From a virus, in the IMG/VR virus record IMGVR_UViG_3300032257_000479, positions 64,001-128,000 of that record: a DNA stretch of 64,000 nucleotides. One strand, written 5' to 3'. The translations under genes and the position numbers were made by a program. Below the pieces are notes generated by a model. The model was not told where the DNA came from. It saw only the letters and a list, made by a program, of their open reading frames with translations, and searched no databases. Of the stretch, positions 1 through 9,074 are shown piece by piece (within the stretch, counting starts at the first letter, position 1; every line of letters starts with the position of its first letter).

Positions 1-74
1 ATTGATAAAAAGTCGCCTTTATCGATATTCTCTAAAAGAACTTTTTCATTTCCTATTCTTTTTAATGAATTCAT
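1..74 (-). CDS. hypothetical protein, 5' part (runs off the window)
   Basis: ATG at 74 with AAAGGT upstream; open to the window edge (MNSLKRIGNEKVLLENIDKGDFLS...); not in the ORF track. Confidence 0.55.
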   Translation of the reverse strand, partial: MNSLKRIGNEKVLLENIDKGDFLS

Positions 75-85
75 ATTTTAACCTT

Positions 86-997
86 TTATGTAAGCTGAGG
101 ATCGAGCCATCCGCCTGTTTCTTGTATTTCTTGTTCCCAAGCAAACCATTCAATTGTTGCTGCATGCAAAAAAGAACCCTTATGAATATGCCCATAATTA
201 ATATTCGCTGGCCATGAATTGAAAATAAATCTATTAAGACCAATAATCTTTGAACTATCACCTGTTGAATACGAATTCATAAACGGTAGATGCAACTCTA
301 TTGTTGTTGCATCTACAATACATTTAACTGAACTTTCTTCTGATCTATGAACATTTTCTATTAAAACGCTTTGATTTGGTTCGTAAATGCTACTATCGGC
401 TACTTTTATAAACGTGTCACCCTGTATGTAGTCTGCCGTTAAATCTGATATATCAGTTTGCCCTATAAGAGGAAAAATGTTGTTCTTCAATCCCCTCTCA
501 ATAGCTCCAGCTATTTTCAATAGAGATCTATATGATTTCTCATTTGATCCCTGCTTAACATAAACTGTAATCTGAAGCTTGTAATCCTCTTTTGTGCTTC
601 CAAGAGTAAACCATTCCGATGATTTGCTTTCACCCATAACAGTTGCTGCAGGATATTTTGCTATAACATCAGGCTCTCCTATATAAATGCCCTCGAAGAA
701 TCCACTATCAAAAGTTTTTCTAATAACAGTATCATCTGAGGTTGTCCAAACTTTTTCCCCTCTTACTCCAGCCTCAAGTTCTAATCTATTATTGTCAAGT
801 ATATCTTTGACAAAAAGTCTAGGCTGATGAACGCCTGTGTCATACTGAACTAAAGCTAATTGATCTCCTACCTGCCATCTTTTAGTTGACTCAACTGTTA
901 TTATTGTATCGTTTGGGTTAGCGTTTGTTAAAAGCGGCGACTGAGTATTAACCCAACGATAAACAATACGGCGAACTGATTCTAAAACATCAATCAT
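86..997 (-). CDS. putative tail terminator/neck protein with two inserted small beta domains
   Basis: 303 aa; IYIGEP..KYPAATV and YKLQITVYVK..L..IA..IE..L resemble tail-terminator proteins; adjacent to a head-tail connector-like gene. Confidence 0.5.
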   Translation of the reverse strand: MIDVLESVRRIVYRWVNTQSPLLTNANPNDTIITVESTKRWQVGDQLALVQYDTGVHQPRLFVKDILDNNRLELEAGVRGEKVWTTSDDTVIRKTFDSGFFEGIYIGEPDVIAKYPAATVMGESKSSEWFTLGSTKEDYKLQITVYVKQGSNEKSYRSLLKIAGAIERGLKNNIFPLIGQTDISDLTADYIQGDTFIKVADSSIYEPNQSVLIENVHRSEESSVKCIVDATTIELHLPFMNSYSTGDSSKIIGLNRFIFNSWPANINYGHIHKGSFLHAATIEWFAWEQEIQETGGWLDPQLT

Positions 998-1236
998 TAT
1001 ATATTATCCAGTAAGTCATCAATAATTCCGTCCAAAAAATAATCTTCTTCATCTTTAGAAACTTGAACTTTCTTTCCTTTTTTATAATCCCTTATTTGAG
1101 AATCCCTAAAGGCTTCTTTTTTTGTTTGAAAAACTTCATTAAACATTGGACTCATAACTTCTTTTGGGTCAACAGTTTGACCATCTAAAGATGAAAGTCT
1201 TTGAATCTTTCCAAATATTTCTTCAAAGTCTTCCAT
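997..1236 (-). CDS. hypothetical protein
   Basis: 79 aa; start and stop overlap both neighbours. Confidence 0.75.
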   Translation of the reverse strand: MEDFEEIFGKIQRLSSLDGQTVDPKEVMSPMFNEVFQTKKEAFRDSQIRDYKKGKKVQVSKDEEDYFLDGIIDDLLDNI

Positions 1237-1970
1237 TAATCAAGTTCATCCAAATTTCTACTAGAGTCATTTTCAACTGATGGCAATCTATACCTATCCC
1301 TAATATTTGAATTGATGAATCTATGACCTATTCTTTTTTGACCATGAAGAACAGTTCTTCCGTGAAGAACATTATTTAAATCCCGTCTAGCCATTTTTCT
1401 TAAATGCTTTCCATAATCGCTGACGTTTGGAGAGACTTCTGCTGTAAAATATTTATCAAAGATATTCGCCGCTGCCAGCCTGCATGAAATCAAAGATATG
1501 GCTGCTGGATATTTAACTCTTAAAACTCTTGTGTCTTCTACTGTATAAAGGCCAAGTAAAAAATCAGACAGCTCTATTGTATTATTATTTATTACAGCAT
1601 CAACAATATGTCGTTCTTGTTGAGTTGTATCAACAAACACAAGAACATCACCTGTATTGAGATTTCTACCTTTATCCAAATCAATATCTGATGAATACTC
1701 ATCAATATCTCGAAGCAAAGTTAATTGAAGATCTGTCTTTTCGCAAAAAGGAACAGAATACATTTGGCTAAGAGCTGCATCTATCTCTTCATCTGCCCAA
1801 AGTATATACTGGTCAACAAGAGATGTTGATATAGCGTTTGGCCTTATTGAATCACTAATTTCATAAAGAGGAACCACAGAATCATCAGTAGGATCTTCGA
1901 CGTTGTTCGTTGCTGTCGTAAGAGCCTGATTCATTATATTTAAAACTTCTTGGCGACTACAATATCCCAT
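1236..1970 (-). CDS. head-tail connector/adaptor, Mu gp36/DUF1320-like, with inserted domain
   Basis: MGYCS..EV start, I..AD.EIDA.L...YSVP, P.AI..I..RLAA, A...L..V..G pattern. Confidence 0.65.
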   Translation of the reverse strand: MGYCSRQEVLNIMNQALTTATNNVEDPTDDSVVPLYEISDSIRPNAISTSLVDQYILWADEEIDAALSQMYSVPFCEKTDLQLTLLRDIDEYSSDIDLDKGRNLNTGDVLVFVDTTQQERHIVDAVINNNTIELSDFLLGLYTVEDTRVLRVKYPAAISLISCRLAAANIFDKYFTAEVSPNVSDYGKHLRKMARRDLNNVLHGRTVLHGQKRIGHRFINSNIRDRYRLPSVENDSSRNLDELD

Positions 1971-2008
1971 TTATCTGTTCCTCAAATTTGCATTATGTCT
2001 ATATTATG

Positions 2009-2036
2009 AATTCGACTTCTATTAGCCTTCTTCCTT
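2009..2036 (-). promoter_or_regulatory. putative phage promoter AAGG-N16-GTCGAATT
   Basis: Instance of a motif recurring in several intergenic regions. Confidence 0.5.
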
Positions 2037-3077
2037 CTTTGCTTTCGCTGCCTTATTCATAGCAACATTCGCTGAAACATAAAGACCCTCTACAACTGCG
2101 GTCCTTGGATTCTTTGCATGTCTGACTTCTTTTACTTCAAATGGGAGCTTAAGGTTCCCTATTATTTTTTCAACTTTTTCGCAAAAGCCCTTTGGCATAG
2201 ATGTTCCGCCTGCTATAACAATATCTAGCGGAGCCTCAAATGATGTTTTTTCTGCTGAAAATTTCTTTACAAAATGAGACAAAACATATCTGATTAACTG
2301 ATCATAATATGCATCTAAGGCAAATTGAACATCATCATCAAAATCAATGTTATTGAAGTCCAAAGACTTCTCTTTTACAGAGATTACTTGAGAGATTGGA
2401 ACGCCAGTCTGCTCCGATACCTGTCTATCAACCCAGTCTCCAGACCTTGCGACAGACATACCTACAACTGGAAGACCTCTGTAACAAAGAACGCAATTTG
2501 CTCTTCCTGCTCCAAAGCTCATACCGATGCCGCTATAAGCTATTTCTTTTCCGTCCTCAATAATCGTAGGACGCTCAGAGAGAACGACAGCATGTCCTTC
2601 CTCTATGATCTTTACTTGCCATCCCAAACGCCTATAGAGGGCCTCTAGCCTCTGCTTGTGGAACACGCTATCCTGAGATCCATCTACAGATTCTGATGAT
2701 ACGCATGAACAAACCCACGAATTATCATCTGTAGCTCGACCAACTGTTGATTCTATGATTTCAGAAAGAACAACAAGCTTCTTATCTTCGTTCTTGTTGA
2801 GAACACCATCCGACATTGGTCTTCGGACTTCAACTTTCCCTGGAAGAATATTTGCAACTTGCATTGCATCATCTCCAATAACATAATAGACATTATCATC
2901 TTTTATGTATTGCCATTCATTCCTCAAAAGAATGTCGTCCACTCCCTCAGAATCAGCTAATTCAACGAAAGCGTTTCTTACTGATATAAAAGAAAGTCCC
3001 TCTTGACCATCTTTCTTTTCCGCGGATTGAAAAAACATTGTTCCTGGGTCTAACCCTACTGCTCTACTTGTCATCAT
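2022..3077 (-). CDS. actin-like ATPase (MreB/MamK/ParM superfamily)
   Basis: Phosphate-1 GLDPGT, connect-1 EEGHA, phosphate-2 GMSFGAG, adenosine IAGGTS; 351 aa. Confidence 0.88.
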   Translation of the reverse strand: MMTSRAVGLDPGTMFFQSAEKKDGQEGLSFISVRNAFVELADSEGVDDILLRNEWQYIKDDNVYYVIGDDAMQVANILPGKVEVRRPMSDGVLNKNEDKKLVVLSEIIESTVGRATDDNSWVCSCVSSESVDGSQDSVFHKQRLEALYRRLGWQVKIIEEGHAVVLSERPTIIEDGKEIAYSGIGMSFGAGRANCVLCYRGLPVVGMSVARSGDWVDRQVSEQTGVPISQVISVKEKSLDFNNIDFDDDVQFALDAYYDQLIRYVLSHFVKKFSAEKTSFEAPLDIVIAGGTSMPKGFCEKVEKIIGNLKLPFEVKEVRHAKNPRTAVVEGLYVSANVAMNKAAKAKKEEG

Positions 3078-3090
3078 TGTTCCCTTCTAT

Positions 3091-3681
3091 TCATAGCATG
3101 TCTTCAAGTTCGCTAATATTATCGTCTGCATCAGAAGAACCTAACTCTTCATTGTGACTAATATTGGACTCTGTATCCTTAACTATTCTGTTTATTGATC
3201 TTTCATGTATATCGACAGCTTTTTCGTCTTCAATTTCATATTCCGCTGTATTATTTTGTTTTTGTGAAATATTACCTGAAGCAATATCCTGCAAAGATTC
3301 AATAGCATTTTTTAGCATGTTAGCGTTTTCTTCATTAATACCGCCCGACGAAGAGACCTGCTTTTCAACCTGGTTATCCAATCTGGCACCAAGTCTTTTT
3401 TCCATATCCCTGAGAGCTTTCATTACATCATCGGATTGATCTAAAGTTTTTACAGGTTTTGCTTTTTGTGCTATTGGTTGCGTTTCATTGTTTCCCAAAG
3501 GATTATCTTTTCTAACAAGACGCAAAGCTCCACGCTTTAAAGCTATTCTAAGATCTCTGGATTGTTCAACAACATACCTCGCTGCAAAATGATCTAAGTC
3601 AGCTTGCTTTGATGGTTTTATCGTAGCTCTCAGGTCCCCAAGAGCTATCTCATGACGAGTCATGTTTTGAACTATATACAA
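3091..3681 (-). CDS. hypothetical protein (small N-terminal domain plus coiled coil), possible actin-like protein partner
   Basis: 196 aa, directly upstream of the actin-like gene; acidic C-terminus. Confidence 0.7.
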   Translation of the reverse strand: MYIVQNMTRHEIALGDLRATIKPSKQADLDHFAARYVVEQSRDLRIALKRGALRLVRKDNPLGNNETQPIAQKAKPVKTLDQSDDVMKALRDMEKRLGARLDNQVEKQVSSSGGINEENANMLKNAIESLQDIASGNISQKQNNTAEYEIEDEKAVDIHERSINRIVKDTESNISHNEELGSSDADDNISELEDML

Positions 3682-3885
3682 TTATCTTCTCCGATTTCTT
3701 GGTCTATTAAGAGTTGTAGACTTCGGTAGTCTTTGCTGTATTTCGCCATCTTTAGATATATCTATCTTATTCTCTTTTTTGCACTCTGGACATATCCAAT
3801 ACATTTTATTGTCCGCGAAATTAATCTCAACGACAGGTTCATGTTCGTGGTGCCTGCAAAACTTGCATACGCATACTATTTTCAA
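3682..3885 (-). CDS. zinc-ribbon protein
   Basis: CKFC and CPEC pairs; 67 aa. Confidence 0.7.
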   Translation of the reverse strand: MKIVCVCKFCRHHEHEPVVEINFADNKMYWICPECKKENKIDISKDGEIQQRLPKSTTLNRPRNRRR

Positions 3886-6308
3886 AGCGTCCCCAATCCA
3901 TTGATCATGTCATTCCTTATGGATGTTTTTATTTCATCTAACTTATTGGTTGATGAGAATTTTGACATCGCAGACGATAGTTTTGTTAGATCAAACATTC
4001 TGCCAATAGCTGTTCTTATTATGCTCAACTGTCTGTTGAAGCTTGCTCTATGAATATCATCTAAATCAAGAAGCTGCTTGTAGTAATCCTGAGCAACACC
4101 TGAAACGTTGCTTCTTCTTTTAATCTCTTGCTCAATAATACTGTTCGCTATCTGTCTTAGCTGACTATCTTCCATTTGCGTTATTTGTTGCGATGAAAAT
4201 CCTTGAGGAAGTGGTAATCCCATTTCATTTATAAAGTCAGAAGATAAATCCATCACCTTGCTACTATCTAAAGATTGTATTGAATCTACTGGCACTCCAA
4301 TATCAATTTTTTTTGATTTATCTTTTAACAATTTTCTTCTTGCCTTATCTCCAGATGGGCCAGGATCCGTAATTGTTTCATATTCTTTCATTTTCCCAAA
4401 AACCAACTCTTGCCTTGTTCTTTTTCCAGTTTCGCTATTTTCTGAAAGCAACGCACCAACTTCTTTGACATTCTTGTGTGTTGTAATCAAATCTAAATAT
4501 GAAAATAAAACATTTTTAGGATATTTTTTAACAACTTCATCTGAAACAAGATACTCGCCTATCTGTGTTAACATTTGATTCATTTGATCATGAAGAGTTT
4601 TACTTTTCTTCAATTTTGCAACCATCTCCTGTTTGTATTCAGGATCATTGGCCATTCTCTCTCTATCTATTTTATTTGATCCAAGCTGGCTCACTTGCTG
4701 TAAGTCATGCAAATAAGAGTCAGGTTGAGCATTCGGATCGCTTGAAATCATGTTATCAATCCATATATTCAACTTTTCATCCAAAGGAAGCATTTTGGAA
4801 AAATCGATAGAATCCCAAGTATTACCCTCGGAAGGTTTCATTATAACTCTTCCATTCTCTACCTTAAATGTTGCCTTCCCTTTTCTTTCTAAGTCTTTTA
4901 ATTTCTTAGGATCTGAAAATGCATCAGAGCCAACAAGCGAATCTATTATTTTTGCGGCTTGGTCAGGCCAAAACTCTGAAGCTATTGTTTTTGAAAACCA
5001 CTTTCCGCCTGGGGCAAAATTGGGATTCTTTTCAGAAAGCTCATTAACTATATGTTCTCTAACATCTTTCCCTAGAAATTTCAATGTTTGACCCATGGAC
5101 TGAAGATCGCCTTTGTATGCATCCATAATTGTAGATCTTTGATCTTGAGACAATTCAGGTTCATTGCCTTGCAATTGCTCCCTTCTAAGATCTACGCCAT
5201 GATCAACTTGAGTTCCCTCGCTATTTGCTGCGTATTGTTGAGATTCGTAACCTGTGCCCATCACATCTGAGCCGATCTTACTCATTACCCAGTCCCAAAC
5301 TTTTGCTTTTACTTCTTCGTTGTCGTCACCAAGAATGCCATAAAGAGTTCCTGTAACGGAATCAATATCTTGGGCAAGATTCATGTATGTTTCTTTGTTG
5401 TTCCCAAAAGACCCTGAAGTCATCAAAGAGGAAACCGATTCGGGCAGCATGCCAATAGAAGAAAGCCATGAAGCATTTTCTATAAAAAACTTTATTCTAA
5501 AATCTTCTTTATTTCCGCCTGAAGAACTGTAACCGCCCTCAACGCCCCTGAATACTCTGCTTTTCAGTATACTATCAATATCGCTGTCAGGAAATTTCAT
5601 CTGAATCTCTTTCCATCTTTTAATGGATGAACTCTCTTCTTCCTGAAAATCTTGATCGCCCATATCTGGCTCTAATAAATAATTCTCCATAAATGCTTGA
5701 GTTAAATCCTCAGCAGATATACCTCCAACATTTTGCTCATCTTCTTGCCAATGCTCTTCACCAAAACTCTCTTGTTCTCCAACGATTTGATCATACAGTG
5801 CCTGATTTCTTTGATTCTCTGTTATTTCCAACGGCAAACCTTGTTCACCTTGATTTAAAACAATTTGCTCTATATCTCGCCTTGATAAGTCAGGAAAATG
5901 ATTTGACAATTCCTGAGGTGAAGCAGCATTCCCTGGAATTGAATTTCTTGCATTCTCTATAGATTCATAAAACATATCTTCATTTAATTCACTCATCCAG
6001 TAATCTAAGCCATCATTTGATAACATTAACTCCAAATCCGTGAAACTTTGGGATTCAGGAAGTCTTCTTAATAGCCAATTTTCCATATCTGCTCGAAGAT
6101 TTGCTCGTTCAGCATTTTCTTTTGCTCTTTGCCCTTGACTTCCATTGTATACTGGAGTCTGTATTGGAACTGGAGCCTGTGTTGGAACTGGGGAAGCAGG
6201 AAAGGTTACTGGAGCAGGATCTGCCAATGGTTTAACAACTGTTGGCTGAAGCTGCTGAGAAGTCCTACTTATTCCAATTCTTTTTAGTATTCTAATATAA
6301 AATGACAT
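3882..6308 (-). CDS. large hypothetical protein, candidate internal virion protein
   Basis: 808 aa, helical/acidic; GAGGT RBS; leader MSFY...RTSQ followed by a Pro-rich linker. Confidence 0.75.
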   Translation of the reverse strand: MSFYIRILKRIGISRTSQQLQPTVVKPLADPAPVTFPASPVPTQAPVPIQTPVYNGSQGQRAKENAERANLRADMENWLLRRLPESQSFTDLELMLSNDGLDYWMSELNEDMFYESIENARNSIPGNAASPQELSNHFPDLSRRDIEQIVLNQGEQGLPLEITENQRNQALYDQIVGEQESFGEEHWQEDEQNVGGISAEDLTQAFMENYLLEPDMGDQDFQEEESSSIKRWKEIQMKFPDSDIDSILKSRVFRGVEGGYSSSGGNKEDFRIKFFIENASWLSSIGMLPESVSSLMTSGSFGNNKETYMNLAQDIDSVTGTLYGILGDDNEEVKAKVWDWVMSKIGSDVMGTGYESQQYAANSEGTQVDHGVDLRREQLQGNEPELSQDQRSTIMDAYKGDLQSMGQTLKFLGKDVREHIVNELSEKNPNFAPGGKWFSKTIASEFWPDQAAKIIDSLVGSDAFSDPKKLKDLERKGKATFKVENGRVIMKPSEGNTWDSIDFSKMLPLDEKLNIWIDNMISSDPNAQPDSYLHDLQQVSQLGSNKIDRERMANDPEYKQEMVAKLKKSKTLHDQMNQMLTQIGEYLVSDEVVKKYPKNVLFSYLDLITTHKNVKEVGALLSENSETGKRTRQELVFGKMKEYETITDPGPSGDKARRKLLKDKSKKIDIGVPVDSIQSLDSSKVMDLSSDFINEMGLPLPQGFSSQQITQMEDSQLRQIANSIIEQEIKRRSNVSGVAQDYYKQLLDLDDIHRASFNRQLSIIRTAIGRMFDLTKLSSAMSKFSSTNKLDEIKTSIRNDMINGLGTL

Positions 6309-6353
6309 ATTTACCTCTGCTTTATGAAAAATGACATCATGTTCAGAATATAT

Positions 6354-6381
6354 TTTTCGATAATTTCAATGAATAATCCTT
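6354..6381 (-). promoter_or_regulatory. putative phage promoter AAGG-N16-ATCGAAAA
   Basis: Recurrent motif, upstream of 6308. Confidence 0.5.
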
Positions 6382-6429
6382 GAATAATATCTATTCTATC
6401 AAGCAATGATTATAAATAGTTATCGGCAA

Positions 6430-7326
6430 TTACACTGATTCTTCGTCGCAATCGCAATCTTCTTCGTCGCAATCGCAATATTCCCAATCCCCAGATTCTT
6501 CCATTATATCATCAAATTCGCCTGCCTCAAGCAATGAATCATGCGTTGATTTGGTATCTTCGACATCGTTCTGGTCATCTTCAATGTAATCGTCATCTTC
6601 CTCGTCTCGATAAGCTTCATCAATAACTGTTACAATCTCTTCTCTCACGCACCATTCGTGACCTAGATCAACCATCCCAACTGCGGGTATGTGAGACAGC
6701 CTTTTTATTGCATCCTTTAAACCGTTATATCTTTCTCTTCTTAAACCAAGATCGCTTTGCTCAACATCTCCTGTCATTATTATTTTGGAGCCAGAACCAA
6801 GACGTGTTAGCAATAGGTGTATCTGCTTCTTTGTCATGTTTTGGCATTCATCAGCAATAACGCAAGAGTTCTTAAAAGTAACACCTCTCATGTAAGCAAT
6901 TGGTAAAACTATAATAGTTTTATCTTCTATTCTTTTCCTTAAATCATCTGGACTTAAATATTGAAGAATTATTTCATTCATTGGGAACATGTAAGGAGCA
7001 AGCTTCTGTTCTGCATCGCCTGGCAAAAAACCTAAAGACTCTCCAGCCTCAACAACAGGTCTAGTGAGAATAATTTTATCAAATCTACCGTTAACAAGCT
7101 CTTGCAAAGCCCAACCTACAGCCAAGTGTGTTTTCCCCGTACCAGGAACACCCTGAATAACAGTTACTTGTTTTTGAGAAATAGTTCTTAACGCATCTTT
7201 TTGTCCTGCGTTCATTGCTGAAACTGTAACAACTCGCTTAGATGATGATTTTTCTTTTCCCATAGTATTTTTGTTAACCTTTTTCTTTTTGGTATTATGA
7301 TTTTTGGTATTATGCTTTTTTCTCAT
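6430..7326 (-). CDS. phoH: PhoH-like ATPase
   Basis: GVPGTGKT, ILTRPVVEAGESLGFLPG, AYMRG.TF, DECQN, LTRLG, GDVEQSD. Confidence 0.95.
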   Translation of the reverse strand: MRKKHNTKNHNTKKKKVNKNTMGKEKSSSKRVVTVSAMNAGQKDALRTISQKQVTVIQGVPGTGKTHLAVGWALQELVNGRFDKIILTRPVVEAGESLGFLPGDAEQKLAPYMFPMNEIILQYLSPDDLRKRIEDKTIIVLPIAYMRGVTFKNSCVIADECQNMTKKQIHLLLTRLGSGSKIIMTGDVEQSDLGLRRERYNGLKDAIKRLSHIPAVGMVDLGHEWCVREEIVTVIDEAYRDEEDDDYIEDDQNDVEDTKSTHDSLLEAGEFDDIMEESGDWEYCDCDEEDCDCDEESV

Positions 7327-7739
7327 TTATGCTTTTCCCTGGATGAAACAAGTAAATAATGTTCATCTCCTGATGGTTCAATCTTTATTCCTTCCAATAC
7401 ATTCCATTTATCTTTTAGAGAATAACTTGAAAATATGTCAGTTATATATTTCCAAAATGATTTCCTAACTTTTTTTGTTTCACCAGATAATATCCTTATT
7501 CTTAATAAAATAAGGTCTTCCCCAAAATCTTCTTTTATTACATCAACGAGTGAATCTATCTCATTTCTAATAAATAGATCTTCCCATCCTTCAGCGCTTC
7601 TGGCTTTTATTAATCTTTTGCGTTCTTGGTTGGGTATGCTATCCATTAATTTAGATCTTTGCAATGATGAGAGAGGTCGTGTTAAAAAATAAAACTCTTG
7701 AAAATTCTTAAAAACTCTTCTACTCATAAACGCCTCCAT
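7323..7739 (-). CDS. hypothetical protein
   Basis: 138 aa; stop overlaps the phoH start. Confidence 0.75.
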   Translation of the reverse strand: MEAFMSRRVFKNFQEFYFLTRPLSSLQRSKLMDSIPNQERKRLIKARSAEGWEDLFIRNEIDSLVDVIKEDFGEDLILLRIRILSGETKKVRKSFWKYITDIFSSYSLKDKWNVLEGIKIEPSGDEHYLLVSSREKHK

Positions 7740-7809
7740 AGATATCTAGTAATACAAAAATCAAAATAACATATCCTTGTTTATGAAATTGTTATTTAAG
7801 ATTTTTTAT

Positions 7810-8115
7810 CTACTTCTGAGACGAGGTCGGCGATGGAACAACGATAACCTCTCCAAGACTGAAAACATATTCATGATTTTCATCTAAGTTTCCGGAAACC
7901 ATCTTCATTATAAGATTTTTATCTAATATAATTCCTTGGCCAGAGGATATTTGCAGCATAGTTACAACCAATTTGCTCGCAAGCTTGCTTAGCCTTGGAT
8001 CATTACCTTTTGCTATGCGTCTTTTCAATTCCGCTGAAGGTAAAAAGACGAATTCGACATTAGGGTCTTCTATCGCATTACGAAGTTTGTTCTTTTGTTC
8101 TTGTGTTAAACTCAT
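7810..8115 (-). CDS. hypothetical protein
   Basis: 101 aa ORF on the coding strand. Confidence 0.7.
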   Translation of the reverse strand: MSLTQEQKNKLRNAIEDPNVEFVFLPSAELKRRIAKGNDPRLSKLASKLVVTMLQISSGQGIILDKNLIMKMVSGNLDENHEYVFSLGEVIVVPSPTSSQK

Positions 8116-8161
8116 ATATTTATATCGTCATGATAATTCTTAAAAAAACACATCACAACTA

Positions 8162-8680
8162 TTAGTTTAACTTTATGGTTGTCTTATCTTCGTTCTTTGA
8201 GCTAAAAATTAATTCTTCAACCAAAAACTTTTTGCCCAAAAATCTTTCATCGCCAACCATCTCTGAGCACTTGCCTTTTTTCACATAAGCAAGAGTTAAA
8301 TGAGCCTTATATCCAGCGTGTGTAGATGTATACGGCAAGTTTCTCAATTCCCCATTTGCGCTTACAAGCTCTTTCCCCTCTACTTCCACCTTCAAAACAT
8401 CATGCTCATCGCTTGATGTAAATTTACTTATTTTTCCAAGGGAAATTGAGAACGGATTTATTTTATCGATTATATCTCTTACATCATCAGCATTTTCTGT
8501 ATGCAATCCATACAGCACTGTTACATGTATATCATCTTCTTTCCCGCCTTCAGCCACATCAATGTCATCAATGGAAGATATTGTATTTTGGATATCTTTT
8601 TTGAGTTCACCTTTTATTCTAAGCATAACTGTTGAATAACTATGAGTCTCTGATTCTTTTATTGTTCTATACCAATTCAT
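8162..8680 (-). CDS. 2H phosphoesterase, Acb1/T4 gp57B-like (putative anti-CBASS nuclease)
   Basis: Two HxT motifs, HVTVLYG and HLTLAYV; 172 aa. Confidence 0.8.
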   Translation of the reverse strand: MNWYRTIKESETHSYSTVMLRIKGELKKDIQNTISSIDDIDVAEGGKEDDIHVTVLYGLHTENADDVRDIIDKINPFSISLGKISKFTSSDEHDVLKVEVEGKELVSANGELRNLPYTSTHAGYKAHLTLAYVKKGKCSEMVGDERFLGKKFLVEELIFSSKNEDKTTIKLN

Positions 8681-9072
8681 GACACACTTTCCGCAAAGAG
8701 CTTTGCAAACTCTTTTGCTTGATCTAAGTCTTTTGCTTTTTCTTTGCTTATTGATTTACCAAAAGGACACGATTCTTGTGCCATATCGCCTATGCCGAAT
8801 CCATGTATAGCCCTATGACTCCAACCATACCATTTATCATCCTTTTTATCGAAAGCCACAGTAGCAACATTGCAATCTTTAGGAGACCAAAAAGATTCTG
8901 GATCAAAATCATGACCTTCGCACAATTTCATTGCAGATTCAGGTGTTCCTAAATATAAGCCATTCAAAGTCTCCGCTATATCATACTCTATTTCACTACC
9001 AAAATCACTGTTAGTTTCTTTTCTAACAATAAATGGCCTATTTTCTTTTTTTAAAGCTTCTTTAAACCACAC
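8677..9072 (-). CDS. conserved phage hypothetical protein
   Basis: WYGWSHRAIHGFGIGD...AK..A..FAESVS motif; leader MWFKEA. Confidence 0.75.
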   Translation of the reverse strand: MWFKEALKKENRPFIVRKETNSDFGSEIEYDIAETLNGLYLGTPESAMKLCEGHDFDPESFWSPKDCNVATVAFDKKDDKWYGWSHRAIHGFGIGDMAQESCPFGKSISKEKAKDLDQAKEFAKLFAESVS

Positions 9073-9074
9073 AA

